NCBI RefSeq assembly: GCF_009914755.1
Contig: NC_060929.1
DNA length: 64,000 nt
Source: the human T2T-CHM13v2.0 reference genome, Homo sapiens
Direction: 5' to 3' (one strand)
The notes beneath the pieces were generated by a model that was not told the origin of the DNA, made no database searches, and saw nothing but the letters and a program-made list of their open reading frames with translations. Every line of letters starts with the position of its first letter. Position 1 is the stretch's first letter. Shown piece after piece: positions 60,857 through 64,000 of the stretch. The translations under genes were made by a program, and so were the position numbers.

Positions 60857-61514
60857 TATGATCTCTTGCCACAGATTTCCTCTCTCCTCAATATTTTTCA
60901 AACATTCTAAAGACTGCACATTCTTTTCTCATTCATTTATTCATCATTTAACAGGCCATTATTTGTTTTTACTATGAGCCAGATATCAGGTTTTCAGAAA
61001 CAAATGAGGCTCAGCCCCTGCCGTATTGGAGTTTACTTTGCCAGCAGGCAAAGAAGACTCAGAAACAAACCAAAGAAACAACAATAAAAAAATCAAACAA
61101 CAATAAAAAAAAATCACAGTGTACTAGCAGTTTGGGGGAAATTTTTGAAAGCCCTTTGGAGGCTGCCTTTATTGCTACTCCAGTGAAAGACTTCCAGGAA
61201 TGATGACATCTGAGTTGTGTCTCGAAGGAGGAGTATGGAATTCACCAGGCAGAGAAAAGGAAGTTCATCACCTGTCTTCTGATCAGGTCACATCCCCAAC
61301 CTTCCCTGGCTGTCCCATCAAATTAGCTTGTCTACTGAAAGCACACTCGTCTGTGGGCAGAAGGCAAGCCTGCCTGCGCTTGGGCCTCAAGAAATGTTGC
61401 TTCCCTATCTACACAACCTGGTTTGCCCACGTGCCTCTTGATAATTAGAATAGAACTCTAGAAGGATATTAGCATGTCATTTTTCAAACCTGGTGTAAAA
61501 GATTACAGTTGGCA

Positions 61515-61577
61515 TACAGCTCTTAAAGGTGGCACAGACCCAAAGAGTGAGCAGCAGCAGCAAAAAAAAAAAAAAAA
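61515..61577 (+). mobile_element. Short retroposed LTR12(ERV9)-like fragment with poly(A)
   Basis: TACAGCTCTTAAAGGTGGCACAGACCCAAAGAGTGAGCAGCAGCA + A run; 18-bp TSD with 2 mismatches. Confidence 0.72.
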
Positions 61578-61607
61578 AAAAGGTTACACTTGGCAGTTAT
61601 TTTCTTC

Positions 61608-61719
61608 TTGTGCTTTTCTGATTTTTTTTTTATTTAAACATTGAACATTCACTCTTTAAGCTTTTTGTGCTTTTCTGAATTTTCTTTTTATTTAAACATT
61701 GAACATTCACTATTTAAGC
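61608..61719. repeat. Two-copy ~57-bp tandem duplication
   Basis: TTGTGCTTTTCTGA...TATTTAAACATTGAACATTCACT(C/A)TTTAAGC twice. Confidence 0.9.
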
Positions 61720-62606
61720 AATCAGTGGAAAAGAAAAGTAAATTTTATTTTAAAAACTACTCAGTGGCTGAACTTTTGAGTTATTGTGAGTATAAAGATG
61801 AGTCCTTTGGGAGACTTATTTATACTTAAAATTTCTACCGTTGCTCCTAAGATCTCAAAATTCTGTTTCTTCTGTAGCACTTTATTGATTTTTCTGGTGA
61901 TGTTAGGATATAGTTCTTTTTAACACAACTAGGGATATTTCTCCTCTGAATCTGCACTTGATGTAGCGTGGGGTTCCCTCCCTGTCTCTGGTGGGACCCG
62001 TGTCCTCTTTTCTTGGCCACCACATGTTGAAGCTTTTAAGATATGAGAAGACATGCAAAGTCCAGCCTCAAAATGTTGGTTTCCTTTCCCTTATTTCATT
62101 GTATCCATTTTCTTTCCTTGCTTGGATCAGAATTTTAGAACACAGATATTCCTGGGGATCCTCCAGTTCAACACCCTCATTTGTAGAAGAAGAAGCCCTG
62201 TCCTGGAGCTAATGATATACTAATAGCTAACATGAAAGGAACACTTAGTGAATGTCACACACTGTGCTGATTTATGAGTATTATCTCATTTAATCCCATA
62301 ACCTCATCAAGTAGGCATCCATATTCTCATTTTACAGAGAAGTAAATTAATAACTTGGTTAGGGTCATGTGATTAGTAAGCAGCAGAGCTGTACCTCTAT
62401 AAATCGGCTTCTTCTGAACTACCACATTGCTGTCTTAATGCTAGGCTTTGAGGGCGACGTGAGTTTACTGCCTAGCTTTATTCCTTCAGGTTTATGTTAG
62501 AAATCATGTCCCTATCCCCTAGTTGGGAGAGCTATGCCCTTCAATTTTACCTTGTTTGAGATGGAGAAGGTTAAATCCTGAATCCTTGCCTCTCTCATAC
62601 CTACAG

Positions 62607-62793
62607 GTCACAGCAAACCGAGATCCCAGCTCACCAGCAAACAGATGAGTTGTATCCCACTGGTGGGTGTGGAGAGAGTGAAGAGGAAACTAAAGCTAAA
62701 GAGAAGGAGAAGGCCATAGACTGTATGTCTCATCCCAAAGAGAAATTAGCCCAATCCCAGAAGAAAGTAGCTCAGCTGATTAAGGAAAAAATG
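62607..62793 (+). CDS. TTC23L: TTC23L coding exon, 187 nt ([20 protein letters not shown]...AQLIKEKM)
   Basis: ctctcatacctacag acceptor, ATG|gtaaaa donor, in frame with the previous exon (AT+G). Confidence 0.9.
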
Positions 62794-63034
62794 GTAAAAC
62801 AAAAAACTCACTAAAATTTTGTTTCCATTTAAAAATATGTTCCTGTTTAGAGAAGCTTTGCCTTCGATGCAGATTGAAGCATATGAAATAGAGGAAGGTG
62901 TCATATTTCTTTGTAAGTAGCAGAAAACAAAGCAGAGCCTACTTAGGTAGCCAGCCCACCTTCTGGTTCCATGCATGGTTCATTGTCTGTTCCTCCTTGG
63001 GGCATTTCTGGTCCTAGCTTTAAACTAAAAATTA

Positions 63035-63867
<833 letters not shown>

Positions 63868-64000
63868 CTATCTCTTAGGTAACAAAAAGGCTGGGATAGT
63901 AAGGCAGGAGGTTGAGAACAGGTAGGCAGGCAGGTCTAAGCTCTGGCCTGGAAAGGATATGGGTAAGATGCCCTTGGTTACAGTGGAATCATAAACAAAC

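Overview
Human (primate) genomic DNA, repeat-rich, eukaryotic exon/intron structure. Most of the window (about 13.0-49.7 kb, + strand) is the 3' part of RAI14 (ankycorbin/NORPEG): 15 coding exons that I spliced by hand into one continuous frame (ankyrin repeats, PKKRKAP NLS-like segment, a 1536-nt coiled-coil exon, stop at 47863-47865), then a ~1.85-kb 3'UTR with AATAAA at 49691. After ~6.5 kb a CpG island with RFX X-boxes starts TTC23L (+ strand; first two coding exons at 57795 and 62607). Bases 1-4323 are an antisense, internally deleted HERV-K(HML-3)/MER9 provirus in a RAI14 intron. Other content: a tailless 5S rRNA retropseudogene, a piggyBac MER75, a solo LTR3 inside an Alu, MaLR LTRs, about 30 Alus and old L1/L2/MIR/MER relics. 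Nearly all short ORFs in the supplied track are spurious. I found no convincing new multi-gene system. The most interesting signals are small: an AluY at the branch-point region of the giant RAI14 exon and inverted Alus flanking that exon, a templated fold-back insertion inside an Alu, and two tiny poly(A)/TSD retroposed LTR fragments. Gene and repeat names come from recognition from memory, not database searches, and repeat boundaries are approximate.
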